The notes under the pieces: model-generated
What the model was told of the DNA's origin: nothing
Seen by the model: only the letters and a program-made list of their open reading frames with translations
The model's database searches: none
In this document: positions 28,601 to 39,683 of the stretch, one piece after another
Numbering within the stretch: the first letter of the stretch is position 1
Layout: each line of letters starts with the position of its first letter
Translations under genes and position numbers: made by a program
Assembly: GCF_000002075.1 (NCBI RefSeq)
Contig: NW_004797885.1
Location: 115,274-179,273 of the forward strand
Source of the DNA: Aplysia californica
Taxonomy: Eukaryota
Direction: 5' to 3'
Length of the DNA stretch: 64,000 bases

Positions 28601-31600
28601 TTTTTCAAAGATAGAATTCTGGTTTCTTGAACCAAGCTGGTGGCTTAGTAGGTGAGGTTATTAAGAATTGTTGTCTTGACAGTAGATGTGGTTTGCTTTG
28701 TCACGAACAGTGAACAGATTTCTCATCAGGAAATGTAACTCTCATTTTACTCCATTGTTTGTCTCCAATGCAGCCGTGGAGATGACCCTCTAGTCTTGAC
28801 GGGTTTGGCAAACGGGAAAATGGCTCTTTATCCTCTCTCTGAGATTCTGCAAGTGAGTTCAGAAGTGATTGTAATAGTGATTTAGGGAAAGGGAAGGATG
28901 AATAGATTGAAGGGGAGAGAGAAGGAGATGAAGAGAAAGAAAGGAAAGACTGATGGAGGAGAGAGAGACAAAGAAAGAAAGTAAGAGAGATGGAGGAGGA
29001 AGAGGCAGAGAGAAAAGAGAGAGAATGAGGAAGGAGGGACAGAAAAAGAGAGAAGGGAGAGGAGGAGAACGAGAAAGAAGGAGTGGGAGAAAGAAAAGGC
29101 AGAGAGAAAGAAGTAGAAGGAGGGGAAGCAAATTGTAGACTTTAGTTGAAAGTTTAAAATACGTGTAAATAAATTATGAGTTTAATTTTTTTTTTAGATT
29201 CTCGTACTTTGTCTTTTTCATTATGATGATGTGCCGAAGAAGGCCTCCACCAAGACTGCGTTTGACAATTTTTCAAGTTGTCTCCAGGTGTATCCTTGTT
29301 TCTTCAATTCTGTCTCAACTGTTCTCTACCATGTATTGTTGTCCAAATAGTCTCCATGGGTCTTTCTCTGCCTCTTTTGCCATCTGGGGTCCAGTGGATG
29401 GCAAATCTTCCAATATATGGCAGGATCATGGGCAGTAAATGTCTGAAAGGCATCTATCATTTTCAAGTGTTCATTTCCAGGGTGATTTAGCTAGTGGAGG
29501 TCTTTATTTGTAGATACCAATGTTAATTGATGAACACAAATACAGTGGAGTCCACTAAATTGAACACGAGTAACCTGAAAACAGCGATAAACCGAAAGAA
29601 GATAGAATCCCAGATTTATTTTCTTCACTGTTTGAACAATCTCTCAAAAGTGAGTACATAGTTAAATCTAAGAAAATCCAGATGTCCCTCAGATTTCGAT
29701 TAAAGAGGACTCCGCCATAATTCATCTTCTCATGCTTTCCCTCTGTGTTCAGGGCCCAGACATGGACCCAATAGAGATGAAACTCGGTGAGAGCTACGAG
29801 CCAGTACGCTGCATCATGCGCAGCTCTGTGGACCGCAAGCTCATCGCTTCCTGTGGAACAAAGGTCATCGTCATGGAGACAAAGATTGGTGTGGCGGTGG
29901 AGACCATGTTCAACACGCTCAAGAACAGGTGTGAGATAATTTAATGGTAAAGGAGGAAAGTTGGGAAGCCTTTAAAAAAATGTTTTAAAAATATATACAT
30001 ATCCTCATTCTGGTAGTAATTTAATAGCAGACTTCTTTGCCTCATTTTGTCTTACTTGTACTTAGAGTGGGCATATTAGATTTACTTGTGGATGATTTGC
30101 AGGTACTCTCTGTTTTCCTCCTTCTTTCCTATGGAACCTGGAACATTTATAACCCTTATCTCTCTTTCTTTTCTTTGTATGTTACTCTTTTGTAACGCCT
30201 CTAATCTTCAATGCTTTTAATGCTATTTGTGTTGCAAGTGTCATAAGGCTCTTTCTTTTTTTAAACTTCTGATTTGTGTAAATATGATAGAAAGAACTAG
30301 AAGAAAAAGAAGGTAGATGAGTGTCCTTATCTAAGACCTAATGCCTTCTACTGTGTCCTGTGTACCCCAGCACTCCGGCCTCGGCGCCCATCACTTCCAT
30401 GGCGTGTGGCCGTCTGCTGTACCTGGCACATCGCAACAGCACGGAGATCCAGGCCTGGGACACGACGCGAGGCCGCCTCAAGAACACACTCAACGTCAGC
30501 ATCAGTTTCGAGTGAGGACAAAATATGAGGCTGGTCTCTGTCTATGTACTTGTGCAACACAGGTGCCTGAAAATTCAGGATTGAAGTCTCAGTGAGGGTC
30601 AGGGTTTAACTCTTTTTCTCCAAGGGGGGTAAACCCACTACACCAGGGCCCTTTCTTGGTGCTAAATCTAAAAATAACTAAAACGTCGTTAAATGGATCA
30701 TTAAATCGAAACTAGCAAACCTATTTTGATAGTTCTTTATCTAATGAATGAACCTCTGGTATGAGAGACCTGTTTTCGACAATTGCCGAAAAGTAATTTG
30801 ATGTTGAAGTGGTCGTAATGGAATGTACCCCGCTAACAGCAGCTCACCGGCACAGTGGTTCCGACCGCAGCTGCTGGGAGCGGTTTGCTGGAGATAAAGA
30901 GTTAAAGTCCTGCATAAAAAATTGTTTCTGTATTTTTCTCATTTTTGTACACAAAATGTATCATTTTCTAAAAAGAAGCATCCTATACGCTTTTTTAAAA
31001 AATTGATGTCTCCAATGGAATTGTTGAGAGCAGTTAATTTCGTATCTCAAATTGAAGAGTGACCTGTCTTAAAGAATAATCTTAAGTAGGGTGTTAAACC
31101 TCAGCAGAACTAAATAATAATCAAAATATTCAAATCACCAATATTTGCCTGTCTGCAGCCTGTCTCGCAAAGATGGCCGCATCACGTCCATGGTCCTTCA
31201 CGACACCAAGACTCTATGGCTTGGTACAGGGGGCGGTCAGATCGTCCTAGTGGACATCAACAACTGGACGCCCATCATCTGCACTCATCGGCACACTGCC
31301 TCTGTCCGCTGCCTTCTGGCAGTCAAACTGAGGGGTGAGTGAAGCCCTGCTTTTCAAGTTTTTACATTTGCAGAGGTCACAGTTGTGCTGTTTGTCTTTT
31401 GATTTCTCTATCTTTAATATCTCTTTACAAGAGAGTGTTTGTTTTTGCAAAAGGAAAAATTGTGGATAGGCACTCAGGTTTGATTTTTTTCCGTAATTTG
31501 TAAGCCATGACCCCAAAAACTGGAGGTTTAGGATGCCTTGAAGGTTACAAGTGCACTTAATTTCAAAGTACCTTGTTGCTCTCGGAAAGCCAAATTAAGC

Positions 31601-33542
31601 CTCCCAAAATCACTGACAATCTGGACTTTCTCTTTGTGTCTTATCTATTACCACAGACACTGACATAGTGATCGTACTTTGTGTTTCAAGCTAATGGGCC
31701 CCCAATATTGGTCCTCTCACAGTTGTAAAATTGTTAACAGTTTGTCTTTTCTGGCCTAAGAGAAGATATTTAGTTCAGCCATCCATCAGTATCAGCTATC
31801 ATTGACCTCTCATATTTGCCTGTTTTGCTGCAATATACATTTTTTTCAAAGACACTCATGAAGTTTTGTCAACAGCTTGATCACTTCATCAATAACTTTT
31901 CCAAATAGTGACCAAGAACTCCTCTTTCCTCAGGTTTGGTCAAGTATGGACCAAATCCCAGCACAAGTGTGATACTTAGTGGAGGGCTAGGGTTCAAAAC
32001 CCGCTCGGAGAATGATGTGGACAAAGGTAATGATCTTTGATAGGTGTCTTACTGGTGCTTGAAATGTACAATATGAAAAAGAAATCATCATCATTACTGC
32101 CTTTCTCACCCTGCATCAGGGTATAGGCCATGAACTAACACTTTCCCCTTTCCTTAGTGAAAAAGAAATCGATGGTTGTAGATGTTTTACGCTCCTTGAA
32201 TACCACTTAAATCATTTTGGAGGCAAACTGCTTTGACAGAAAGACGCAGAGATACACAGTCAAAAATAAACTTCTCCACCAGCGAATTGTACTCAAGTCT
32301 TAAGAAGATGAGCCTGCTCAATGTGGTACGTATGTATGTTTATTTATTTGTTCTGGTAATCACTGTAACTGTATTTTTCATTTGTCCAGATAATCTGTAT
32401 AATAACTGTTGTTTTTTTGTTTGTCAAGATAATCAGTATACAGTGGAAACCATATATAACAGGCCTGGTAATAACAGGGATCCGGTAATAACAGGGAACA
32501 GGGATTTTTTAAATCCCCGTTTTTTCCTGCTCTTTGTCTCTATGAAAAGTTTTCGGCAATAACAGGGCTCATCGGAGCCCAATCGGTTATAGCAGGGGCA
32601 AAGGGTTGTAACAATGTGTGAAAAGTGAGAGAGAGAGAGAGGGAGTAATGCAGTGATGGAGCAAGCTCACGCAAGCCACGCCACTGCAAGCACACGCAGC
32701 GTGTGAAGCGAGAGAGGGCTGCGGTGTGCTGCAGACTTCAATCTAGCCCTAAACCTAGCTACACGCATGCGTTATGTGTCATGCGCAGGCCTGCTTACTT
32801 CCCTTGCACTTCTGATTTAACAGGGATCTGATATAACAGGAGTTTTTCTCTGGTCCCACCATCCCTGTTATACCAGGTTTCCTCTTTGACTATATTGTTT
32901 GTCCATTTGTCCAGACAATCAGTTCCCCCCGGGGCAGTGCCACTGACTGAAGTGTCTTTAGGCCATTCGTTCGAGCATAGTAGAATTGTAAATGGGCTGA
33001 CTCATGTCATGCTCATAACTGTGTCTGATCTACAACAGGGACCTGCTGCTTTTTCTTTCCTGATCCTTACTATTGTCATTTTCCTCTACTTCTTTTGTAT
33101 GTTTGTCACTCTCTTGTGACCTGCTATTTTGGGGTGCCTTGATAGTCGAAGCAGACCTTGTGCTGTTGAAGCTAGAGAGGTGAGCAGTCTAAGTCTGATT
33201 CCCTGTAAAGACTTCTCTGTTGACACCAACCCCTTGACGCTCATATGACCTTATGCAGTTGCGAGCGCCGTAAAACCCTCTACTATTTTTTTTTTTAAAA
33301 GACAATCAGTAACTGTTTTGTTTGTTTATTTTTCCTGGTAATCATTATAACTTTTGTTTGTTTATTTGTCCTGGTAATCACTATAACTGTGTTGTTTGTC
33401 CATTTGTCCAGATAATCAGTATGGCTGTATCGGCGTGTGGGACGCGGACTTCCCCCAGACCATCAAGCAGTTCTCTGACTGGTCCAAGAAACGCAAGGAA
33501 CTCATCCAGACCACGTCCATGAGACGCTCCATGATGAAGTAG
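306..33542 (+). CDS. LRRK2: LRRK2-type leucine-rich repeat ROCO Ser/Thr kinase, 5'-partial (ARM/ANK/first LRRs upstream of window); 37 exons visible
   Basis: Phase-consistent GT-AG exons: 306-457, 1537-1660, 2556-2667, 3191-3262, 3697-3807, 4514-4609, 5258-5406, 5891-6011, 6770-6899, 7746-7808, 8545-8641, 9012-9066, 9355-9486, 10420-10578, 11182-11294, 11867-11967, 12315-12415, 12805-12876, 13418-13500, 14029-14156, 14801-14907, 15876-15949, 16606-16735, 17296-17466, 17898-17996, 18633-18758, 20592-20699, 21360-21464, 21959-22060, 23166-23303, 24280-24458, 28774-28852, 29753-29928, 30371-30511, 31159-31334, 31934-32026, 33412-33542 (TAG). Motifs: [88 protein letters not shown], and C-terminal VWD...[16 protein letters not shown] resembling the LRRK2 terminal helix (RKELAEKMRRTSVE). 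LRRK2 rather than LRRK1 is assigned from recalled motifs, not from a search. Confidence 0.93.
1340..1520 (+). mobile_element. Retroposon family A copy abutting the acceptor of exon 1537
   Basis: Similarity to 10868-11052. Confidence 0.8.
1864..2160. mobile_element. TTAA-flanked piggyBac-type MITE
   Basis: TTAA at 1860-63 and 2161-64; imperfect TIR CTCTTTAAATTC / GAGTTCAAAGAG. Confidence 0.65.
5258..8641 (+). CDS. LRRK2: LRRK2-like: ROC GTPase domain exons
   Basis: P-loop GYGGRGKT, switch I TVG, switch II DFAGQ, G4-like VGTHYD. Confidence 0.93.
6968..7512. mobile_element. TA-flanked Tc1/mariner/pogo-type MITE
   Basis: TA on both sides; TIR CTTTAAGGTATCGAATAAGCG / CGTTTGTTCGATACCATAGAG. Confidence 0.75.
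7855..8085 (-). mobile_element. RTE-clade LINE 3' remnant
   Basis: Minus-strand translation [40 protein letters not shown], typical RTE ORF C-terminus. Confidence 0.85.
9012..15949 (+). CDS. LRRK2: LRRK2-like: COR domain exons
   Basis: [78 protein letters not shown]. Confidence 0.9.
10868..11052 (+). mobile_element. Retroposon family A (5'-truncated SINE or LINE 3' end), representative copy
   Basis: CTCTGGTGTGGTTTGCT...TTCCTATCAAACATCTATC...ATGACCTTATGCAGTTGTGAGCGCTGTAAAAC + A-rich tail; other copies near 1340-1520, 24680-24830, 30085-30260, 32924-33299, 41646-42075 (+) and 43410-43585 (-). Confidence 0.85.
16606..22060 (+). CDS. LRRK2: LRRK2-like: TKL kinase domain exons
   Basis: [33 protein letters not shown] (LRRK hallmark in place of DFG), APE, ADIFSLG. 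Confidence 0.95.
19066..19977. repeat. 27-bp minisatellite, about 30 near-identical units (GGGCCTAGTGTGCAGTATATCTTAAGA), intronic
   Basis: Directly visible tandem array with three single-base variants; degenerate units on the left flank. Confidence 0.98.
21690..21880. repeat. Imperfect (CA)n microsatellite
   Basis: Directly visible; other simple repeats at 490-530, 4810-4875, 6250-6740 (CT-rich), 15325-15580 (GAA-rich), 28885-29130 (GA-rich). Confidence 0.9.
23166..33542 (+). CDS. LRRK2: LRRK2-like: WD40 domain and C-terminal helix exons
   Basis: Beta-propeller-like segments [53 protein letters not shown]; stop TAG 33540-33542. Confidence 0.85.
23459..23944. mobile_element. TTAA-flanked piggyBac-type MITE
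   Basis: TTAA at 23455-58 and 23945-48; TIR CTCACTCTGCCCTG / CAGGGCTGAGTGAG. Confidence 0.85.
24680..24830 (+). mobile_element. Retroposon family A copy
   Basis: Similarity to 10868-11052, poly-A tail. Confidence 0.8.
25203..25370 (+). repeat. Dispersed repeat family B (second copy near 60470-60600)
   Basis: Shared TTGGAGGG.GC..CTGGTAGGTCCTACTTC...CTAAATGAC.ATT...GTCAAT.TGCTT...TTTACTCAA. Confidence 0.7.
25710..25733 (+). CDS. Candidate 24-nt symmetric (phase 2-2) cassette microexon of LRRK2-like gene, adds KHPGASYR
   Basis: Pyrimidine tract + TAG acceptor (25708-09), donor CG|GTATGA; preserves frame between exons 24280-24458 and 28774-28852. Confidence 0.5.
26800..26985. mobile_element. 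Decayed copy of the 30610-30901 MITE family
   Basis: Shares TCTAATGAATGAAC...GAGACCTGTTTTCG.CAATTGCC.AAAAGTAATTTGATGT...CTCACCGGC...GGTTCCGAC. Confidence 0.75.
27263..27600. other. Assembly gap (others at 1036-1166 and 6350-6518)
   Basis: N runs flanked by simple repeats; exon phases across all three gaps are consistent, so no exon is required inside them. Confidence 0.99.
29225..29460 (-). mobile_element. RTE-clade LINE 3' remnant (decayed)
   Basis: Minus-strand translation [20 protein letters not shown]. Confidence 0.65.
29543..29717. mobile_element. Short pogo/Tigger-type MITE remnant
   Basis: TA-CAGTGGAGTCCACT left end, decayed AGAGGACTCCGCC right end; same terminus type as 56489-57315. 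Confidence 0.55.
30610..30901. mobile_element. TTAA-flanked piggyBac-type MITE
   Basis: TTAA at 30606-09 and 30902-05; TIR CTCTTTTTCTCCA / TGGAGATAAAGAG; related decayed copy near 26800-26985. Confidence 0.85.
32441..32886. mobile_element. pogo/Tigger-type MITE in last LRRK2 intron
   Basis: TA-CAGTGGAAACC left end, repeated ATAACAGG subterminal motifs, right end CCTGTTATACCAGGTTTCC. Confidence 0.75.
32924..33299 (+). mobile_element. Retroposon family A-related longer copy with 11-bp target-site duplication
   Basis: AGACAATCAGT at 32913-32923 and 33300-33310; same ATGACCTTATGCAGTTG.GAGCGC.GTAAAAC 3' end. Confidence 0.8.
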
Positions 33543-34815
33543 AGATTGATGTGACCATCGTGGTGAAGAGACACATCAGGGAACACTTTTTGTTGAACAG
33601 TATCTAGATTTTTTTCAAGCTGATGAATTCTACCCAATGCAGTGGTCGCTACTGAGATTATTTTTGTGCTTTTTTTTTTTTCATGGACAGGACTTTATAG
33701 ATTTTCCAATTCACTCCTGTATTTTGAAGGTGCGTTTGTATCCTCTTTTATGCACTCACCCAAAAAGCATGCAATATTGATGTTGCACAGAACTGAACGA
33801 CATAAAAGTGATATATCATCAGCATCATTATACAGTAGCCCAAATCAGTTTGGGGGGATTTGCAAATAAAGCTGTGATTTGAGTCACGACATCAAGGGGC
33901 CGTTATTTGAGTAACAGCATCAAGGGGCATTTTACAACTTAATACTTTTGTATTGTTTCATTATTTGCTATCTAGTTTTATATTGAAAAAGATCACAAGT
34001 GCAAAAGTTATGGTACAATTACTATCTTTTTCTTTAATTTTGTTGAAATTACAAAAAAATGACTTGGGTACTTGTGGAATGATGCTGACAATTTATTATG
34101 TCTTGTTGAAAGTGATGTGTACAGTAGAAATATAGTTCATGTATAAACCACAGTAAGTGTTAGCCTTTTTCTTTATTGAGGAAAAACTTACAATCAATGA
34201 CTTATAATCTCTTGTCCGTCAGGGATAATCATTTCTATGAAAAACGATAAACGACCTGAACATGGTTCAGTATGGTTTTGCTAACAATGATCATAATTGT
34301 GATATCAGGAGGACTAGATACTTATGCTCTGTGTGGGCCCTTTCTAAACTTATCTTCAGTATTTTCGTTAATCAGGTGATATTACATCAAGGATAGAGAA
34401 CCTAATTATCCTATCTGGAAACTCACAAATATTTAATTGAGAACTATGGGAAAATGTTACTCGGGGCACTTCATTGTCAGTAAGATACTCCTGTAGCTAG
34501 ATATATATGTAAATAGTCAAAACATGTTTAGTAAAAAAAATGTAATGTGAGTATTGTGAGACGCAGTATGGGCACTGATTTGGTTTCGCTTCCCTAAAAG
34601 TGTTCATTTTTTAGATAGTTAAGTCCCCTGTCCTTGTAAGGTTCTTGTGCAGTGTCTCTTTAGTCTTTTTGAGATGAAGGAGAGTTGTATGAGGCACCAG
34701 ATCTTCTGGGTTATGGAATACTTTTTACCATAGGTGTTGTGTTCAGGATTTTTTTTTTCTTTTCTTAAGTTCTGCCCGTCAGAGATCACAAGTTTCCACA
34801 AGGAACACTTATTAA

Positions 34816-35121
34816 CCCTTCCAGCCCCATGCGCGTATATTTTCAGCAGCGCTTATACCTCCCACTGTCCCAAGAGGATTCTCAGTTTCGGAGGTACCGA
34901 ATTTGCGCATTTTTCGAAATTAGCGAACCTAATTAACTTTAATTTTCATATTTTTTCATTTACCTTTAGACATTGTTATGCATTATTATTTTATTATATC
35001 TAAACCTCATTACAAAGATTCCGCATCACTTTTTAGACTGCATGCCTTTTTTTCTGAAATACTGCTGTATTGGCTGGGGCTGGGGTTAGGGAGTGGACAA
35101 AAATGGCTGTGGCTAGAAGGG
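34816..35121. mobile_element. TTAA-flanked piggyBac-type MITE
   Basis: TTAA at 34812-15 and 35122-25; TIR CCCTTCCAGCCCCA / TGTGGCTAGAAGGG. Confidence 0.85.
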
Positions 35122-35841
35122 TTAACATTACTACAGTGCACTACAGTGCCAGTATATGTATAGTTCTGATGTTCTTGAACACTGCTTGTTTCAAGACTTT
35201 GTTGTTGTTGTTGCTTTCTTTGCTATTTATTTATCCATTTATGATCCATGAAGTATTTTTTTGCTTGTGTCCTTGTTGGGTTTTTTTACTTGAGGATGTT
35301 CTGTTACTTTCATTTGGGAATTTTGCTGACATTTGTTTGACTTTAGCTCAATAACTAAAAAAGGTCTGATACTGATATCGCAATGATGGAGAATATTAAT
35401 TATTATGTCATTTTCTCCTACATTGATCTAACTACCGTCAGCTTGGGATCCCAACTTACAAATTATACTACTTCACACAATCATCACTTTTGCAATACAT
35501 ATGTATATCAGCAGGGATGGCCTTTCTTTGGATGTTTTCTGCACTCATTTTTTAAATCATCACCGAGTTGAAAAAATCAATAAGTTCTGTTTTAAATTTG
35601 TTATTCATATGCCATGGTCAAAGTTGAAGTCGCGTGTGCCTCGCTTCTTGTGCAAAGAACCCGCTGGATTTTTTTATCAGTGTAAAAGTGAAAGCCTTTT
35701 ATTATGACTTCTACCTGCTCAGTTTCTGGTACTTGTTTAATCTTTCCCTGCTTTTAAAGGCTTCATATCTATTCAAGAGGCTCCTCTGGCTACCCTCAGC
35801 GTTGCTGGTTACAATCTCATGCTGCATCAAAAGACAAGCTT

Positions 35842-36108
35842 TGAGTCACACAGTACATTATTCACAATGAGTCATGCGGTACATTATTCACAATGAGTCA
35901 CACAATACATTATTCACAATGAGTCACAATAGTCACACGGTACATTATTCACAATGAGTCACACAGTTTATTATTCACAATGAGTCACACAGTAGGCTAC
36001 ATTATTTACAATGAGTCACACAGTAGGCTACATTATTCACAATGAGTCACACAGTACATGATTCACAATGAGTTGCACAGCATAATTCTCGCTACGAGTC
36101 ACACAGCA
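35842..36108. repeat. 26-bp minisatellite, about 10 units (GAGTCACACAGTACATTATTCACAAT)
   Basis: Tandem units visible; 8 contain perfect TGAGTCA. Confidence 0.95.
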
Positions 36109-39100
36109 CAAGTCTTTCTCTTGCACGTTTGATCGCTTCTGGTATAAGCAGAAAAGATTATACAACTCATAATTTGTTCAGCTCTTTCTGAATAACATAT
36201 TTTTTACTGTTAGGAAATTTTTACTCTGTATTTTTGGAAAATATTATTTATGTTTCATATTGTTTAAAGAGGGGTGTTCACACGTACTATACTATGCTGA
36301 TGTTTCTCTGGGTTTATAGGCATGCTATGTTCATGTTACAACTGATGTTTCATTACAACACAGGCCGTAAAACCATACTGTACTAGATTGTTTTACGACT
36401 TCTCTAACCCTGCTTTACATCTCTATATATCCTTCTTGTAGAACAACTTAGCACAATCAGTCGCTGTGAATTTTCTCCGTGTGTAATTGAACTTTCATGA
36501 AACATGAACTTTATGAAAATGTACACAATATCAGTACGCAATGTTTGTGCAATAAGAATTTTAAAGGAAGCATCATACGTTTGTGAACATAATGTAATGT
36601 TTAGAGCTACTTTCATAAAATGGGCTTGCCTATTATTCGGGGGGGTTTTCCCCAGATATTGACATATGCCTTAGGCAGTGGGAATATATTATTGGAAAAA
36701 AAAACCCTGCTTTCAGCAGTTAGTAAAAACACAAAAAAGACAAATTTTCTCCATCAGAGTAAAGTTTAACCTATTTGGTGTCCATAACCAGGATAGAGCG
36801 GTGCTTGTTTGGACACAGCAGAAGTTTCAGCTGAAGGCTGCGCATTTACATGGATGGACACATGCCCCCCCCCCCCCCCCCCCCACAGGAGCCCCACCCA
36901 GTGAAACCAATAACTGATTGATTTTGCTTACTTTGTAACGCTGTCAGTATTTAGGTTTTGATTCAAGCTGTGATTTAGCTGTAGAACTGGTGATGAAACT
37001 GCTTCACACATTATCATTACCAAAGTGCAAAGATCACGCGAAGTCCAAGTGCTAAAGGAAGAAAGGAAGGGAGACAGACACCCAAAGAAAGAGAGTGTGA
37101 AAGGGAAAAGGAGAGAGAAAGAGAGAAATTGACCGTCTGGATTTGTGTGAGTGCATGTGCTTTTCTTCATACGCAAGAGTATTAAATCTATCATCGTGAT
37201 ATTACTTACTGCTAAAAATGTACCAATATTGAGCAACAGTTCAAATTCTGCTAAATGTTTTATTGTTCGTTTGTTTGACATGTGCACAAGAAATATGCAT
37301 GTATAGAAATATGGAACAACTGAGAGTGAGGGCTGCCTTTTGAGAGTATTATGTGTAGCATGCACGGATGGAGTATATGGTCTGTCAAAAGATTTTATTT
37401 TCCCAATTATGAACAAAATGTGAGACATCATAGTGAAATCGGGCTCTCATCAAAATAATTAAATCAAAGAAACAGACATTTTCCCACTGATTTAGCCATT
37501 TTTAGAGAAATTTTTTTGTTTCGGCCAAACACCTTTTGTCTATTAAGAAATACATTTTTCTGTGGATTCTACCGAAACGGCCGATTAAATACTCAAAAAC
37601 TGTAAATTTGCATTTTCCAAAGACTCTCATGCTATTGAAATCACCAAACTTTTATAGCCGTTCTCTCGCTAATTTTACCACTGAAACCAGGCAACTCCAC
37701 CTCCTACTTTAGCAAATATCTCGACTTCTCTTCAAGATAGATGGGTATTTTTTTTCCATCAAAAGATAGGTAAATGAACAAGTTTTAAGGTGATAGCAAT
37801 AACTCTATATGCCCAAACATTGACGAGCGCCCTATTCCACCACTTCGTGTCTCAAATGTCTGTATCCTAGGTGCTGTTGTACTTACAGGTCTCATCAACC
37901 TTATTCTACAGCTGGTTCCCAAAGGGACATATATATGGCCTTTGATAGGCCTACAGTCAAAATTAAATTTTCAATACTCTCTGACACTAAGCTCACCTGT
38001 AGGTTGTTGTGAGCTGAGCTGATAATGTACATTTTGGGTACAGTTAAAAAGAAGCGCATCAACGCAATAAGGGGTAAATAGTGCAGGGAAGACAGATGAA
38101 CAGAAACAGCAGAGGGACTTTTTGATTTGGCATCTTCCTCCTTTCATGGGTATCTCTGCTGAGCTTGTGTATCTGTATATATATAGTTGGGGGACACCTG
38201 TTGGATGGTAGGCAAACTCGTTCTTTCTCATCCCAATCCCAACATGATTTTACTATCTATGAGGCTGCCCACCCATTGACCTCAGAAAGCAACAGAACAG
38301 AACGCAATTTTTCCATCATTACCTGTAACGGTCATTTCTGTGTCCACATATCAGACAAAAGACAACCACAGCAATAAATATAATAGGTTGTATATCACAT
38401 GTGCAGTTCTTTCTATTGTCAGTCAGAAAGGGGAGATTTCTTTCCAAAACATGTTCACTCTTCCAATACGCAAAATCACTTTTCAATGAGAGAATGTGTA
38501 TGTGCAGTATTTCATGCGTGTGAGAGACACACAAAGACACATATAAAGAGAGGTGATAGAGAGAGAGAGAATAGAAAAAGAGAGCACCGACTTAATGTTG
38601 TGTGTCGGCTCCCATAGACTTACAATAATGGACAAGAACAGATTCAGGTGGAACTTTTTAAGACCCAAATAGTGCGTGGTCTGTGGACAGGCAGCCTTAA
38701 AAGGACAGTTGTTGTTATTGTTGTTATCGATCCAGGCCTTAAGGACAGAAACTGACAGATTCTAACAAAAAAATTTCCTATCTAAAATGAGCGTGGTCTA
38801 TGGGCTGGCAGCCTTATCCTACATTTTCATGCCAATTTACAATTCTATTATGACACAGACAAAACAAAGTTGATCCTGGATGATCAAATTACACTATATA
38901 ATCTGTCTAGTGTGAAAAGTCTGTCCATAACAATTGCCAAAAATATGTTTTTTCTGCAAAAATCAGGAAGCATGAAACAAGTGTGCAGCTTCACTCAAAA
39001 CCAACTTTGTAATCCCTGCAGGTTTGCGATGTGTAAATCTGATTTTAATACACTCCACTATATTTATAAAAAAAATTTCTTTACCACAAAGAGTTTACAA

Positions 39101-39377
39101 TACTGTCTTCTTTCTCTTTTTTTTTTTTCTGTTCCTCTCATACATTGCACTGCTGTATTTGAATGTCTGTGATGAAGTAATTGCTGTAAAAATTGCTGAT
39201 TTGTATTATTGTATGTACCAGTTACCCAACGGTTTATTCAAGAAACCTGTAGCCCACAAAATTATACCTTGACAGGAGAATGGAAAAGTTGAGAAGTATT
39301 TTCGTCTCATCTGAAGAAATTTAAGGCAAGTTTTACACTAATTGTCCATTATAACAGTTCATATTTAAACCAGTTAA

Positions 39378-39527
39378 CACTTTGCAGTCACTTGGGCCGG
39401 TGAAAATTATTCGTTCCGGTCACCTGGTGCAGTGCGGCGCCAGGCCCAAGAAGTCTGTTGTAGTCGCTCTCCTGGCTGGGTGACCAGATGGGGTATTTTG
39501 TACTGCTGGCAGCGTGACTGCAAAGTG
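39378..39527. mobile_element. 150-bp TTAA-flanked piggyBac-type MITE
   Basis: Perfect 14-bp TIR CACTTTGCAGTCAC / GTGACTGCAAAGTG; TTAA on both sides. Confidence 0.9.
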
Positions 39528-39683
39528 TTAAAGACGTGACGGAGAAGTAATTGCCGAATCGAACAGATGAAAATTTGTGGAAGGTGAAAAGCAGATTTCT
39601 TGAACTATACCGTTGAACTTCGTCTTTAAACAATTTTACGACGTTATTGTAAGAGTCCAGTGCTTATTGATCAAACACCTGTC

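Noticed and set aside
37870-38360. Minus-strand donor-like sites and 86-aa ORF suggesting a fourth gene
   Set aside because: No consistent exon chain or recognisable protein.
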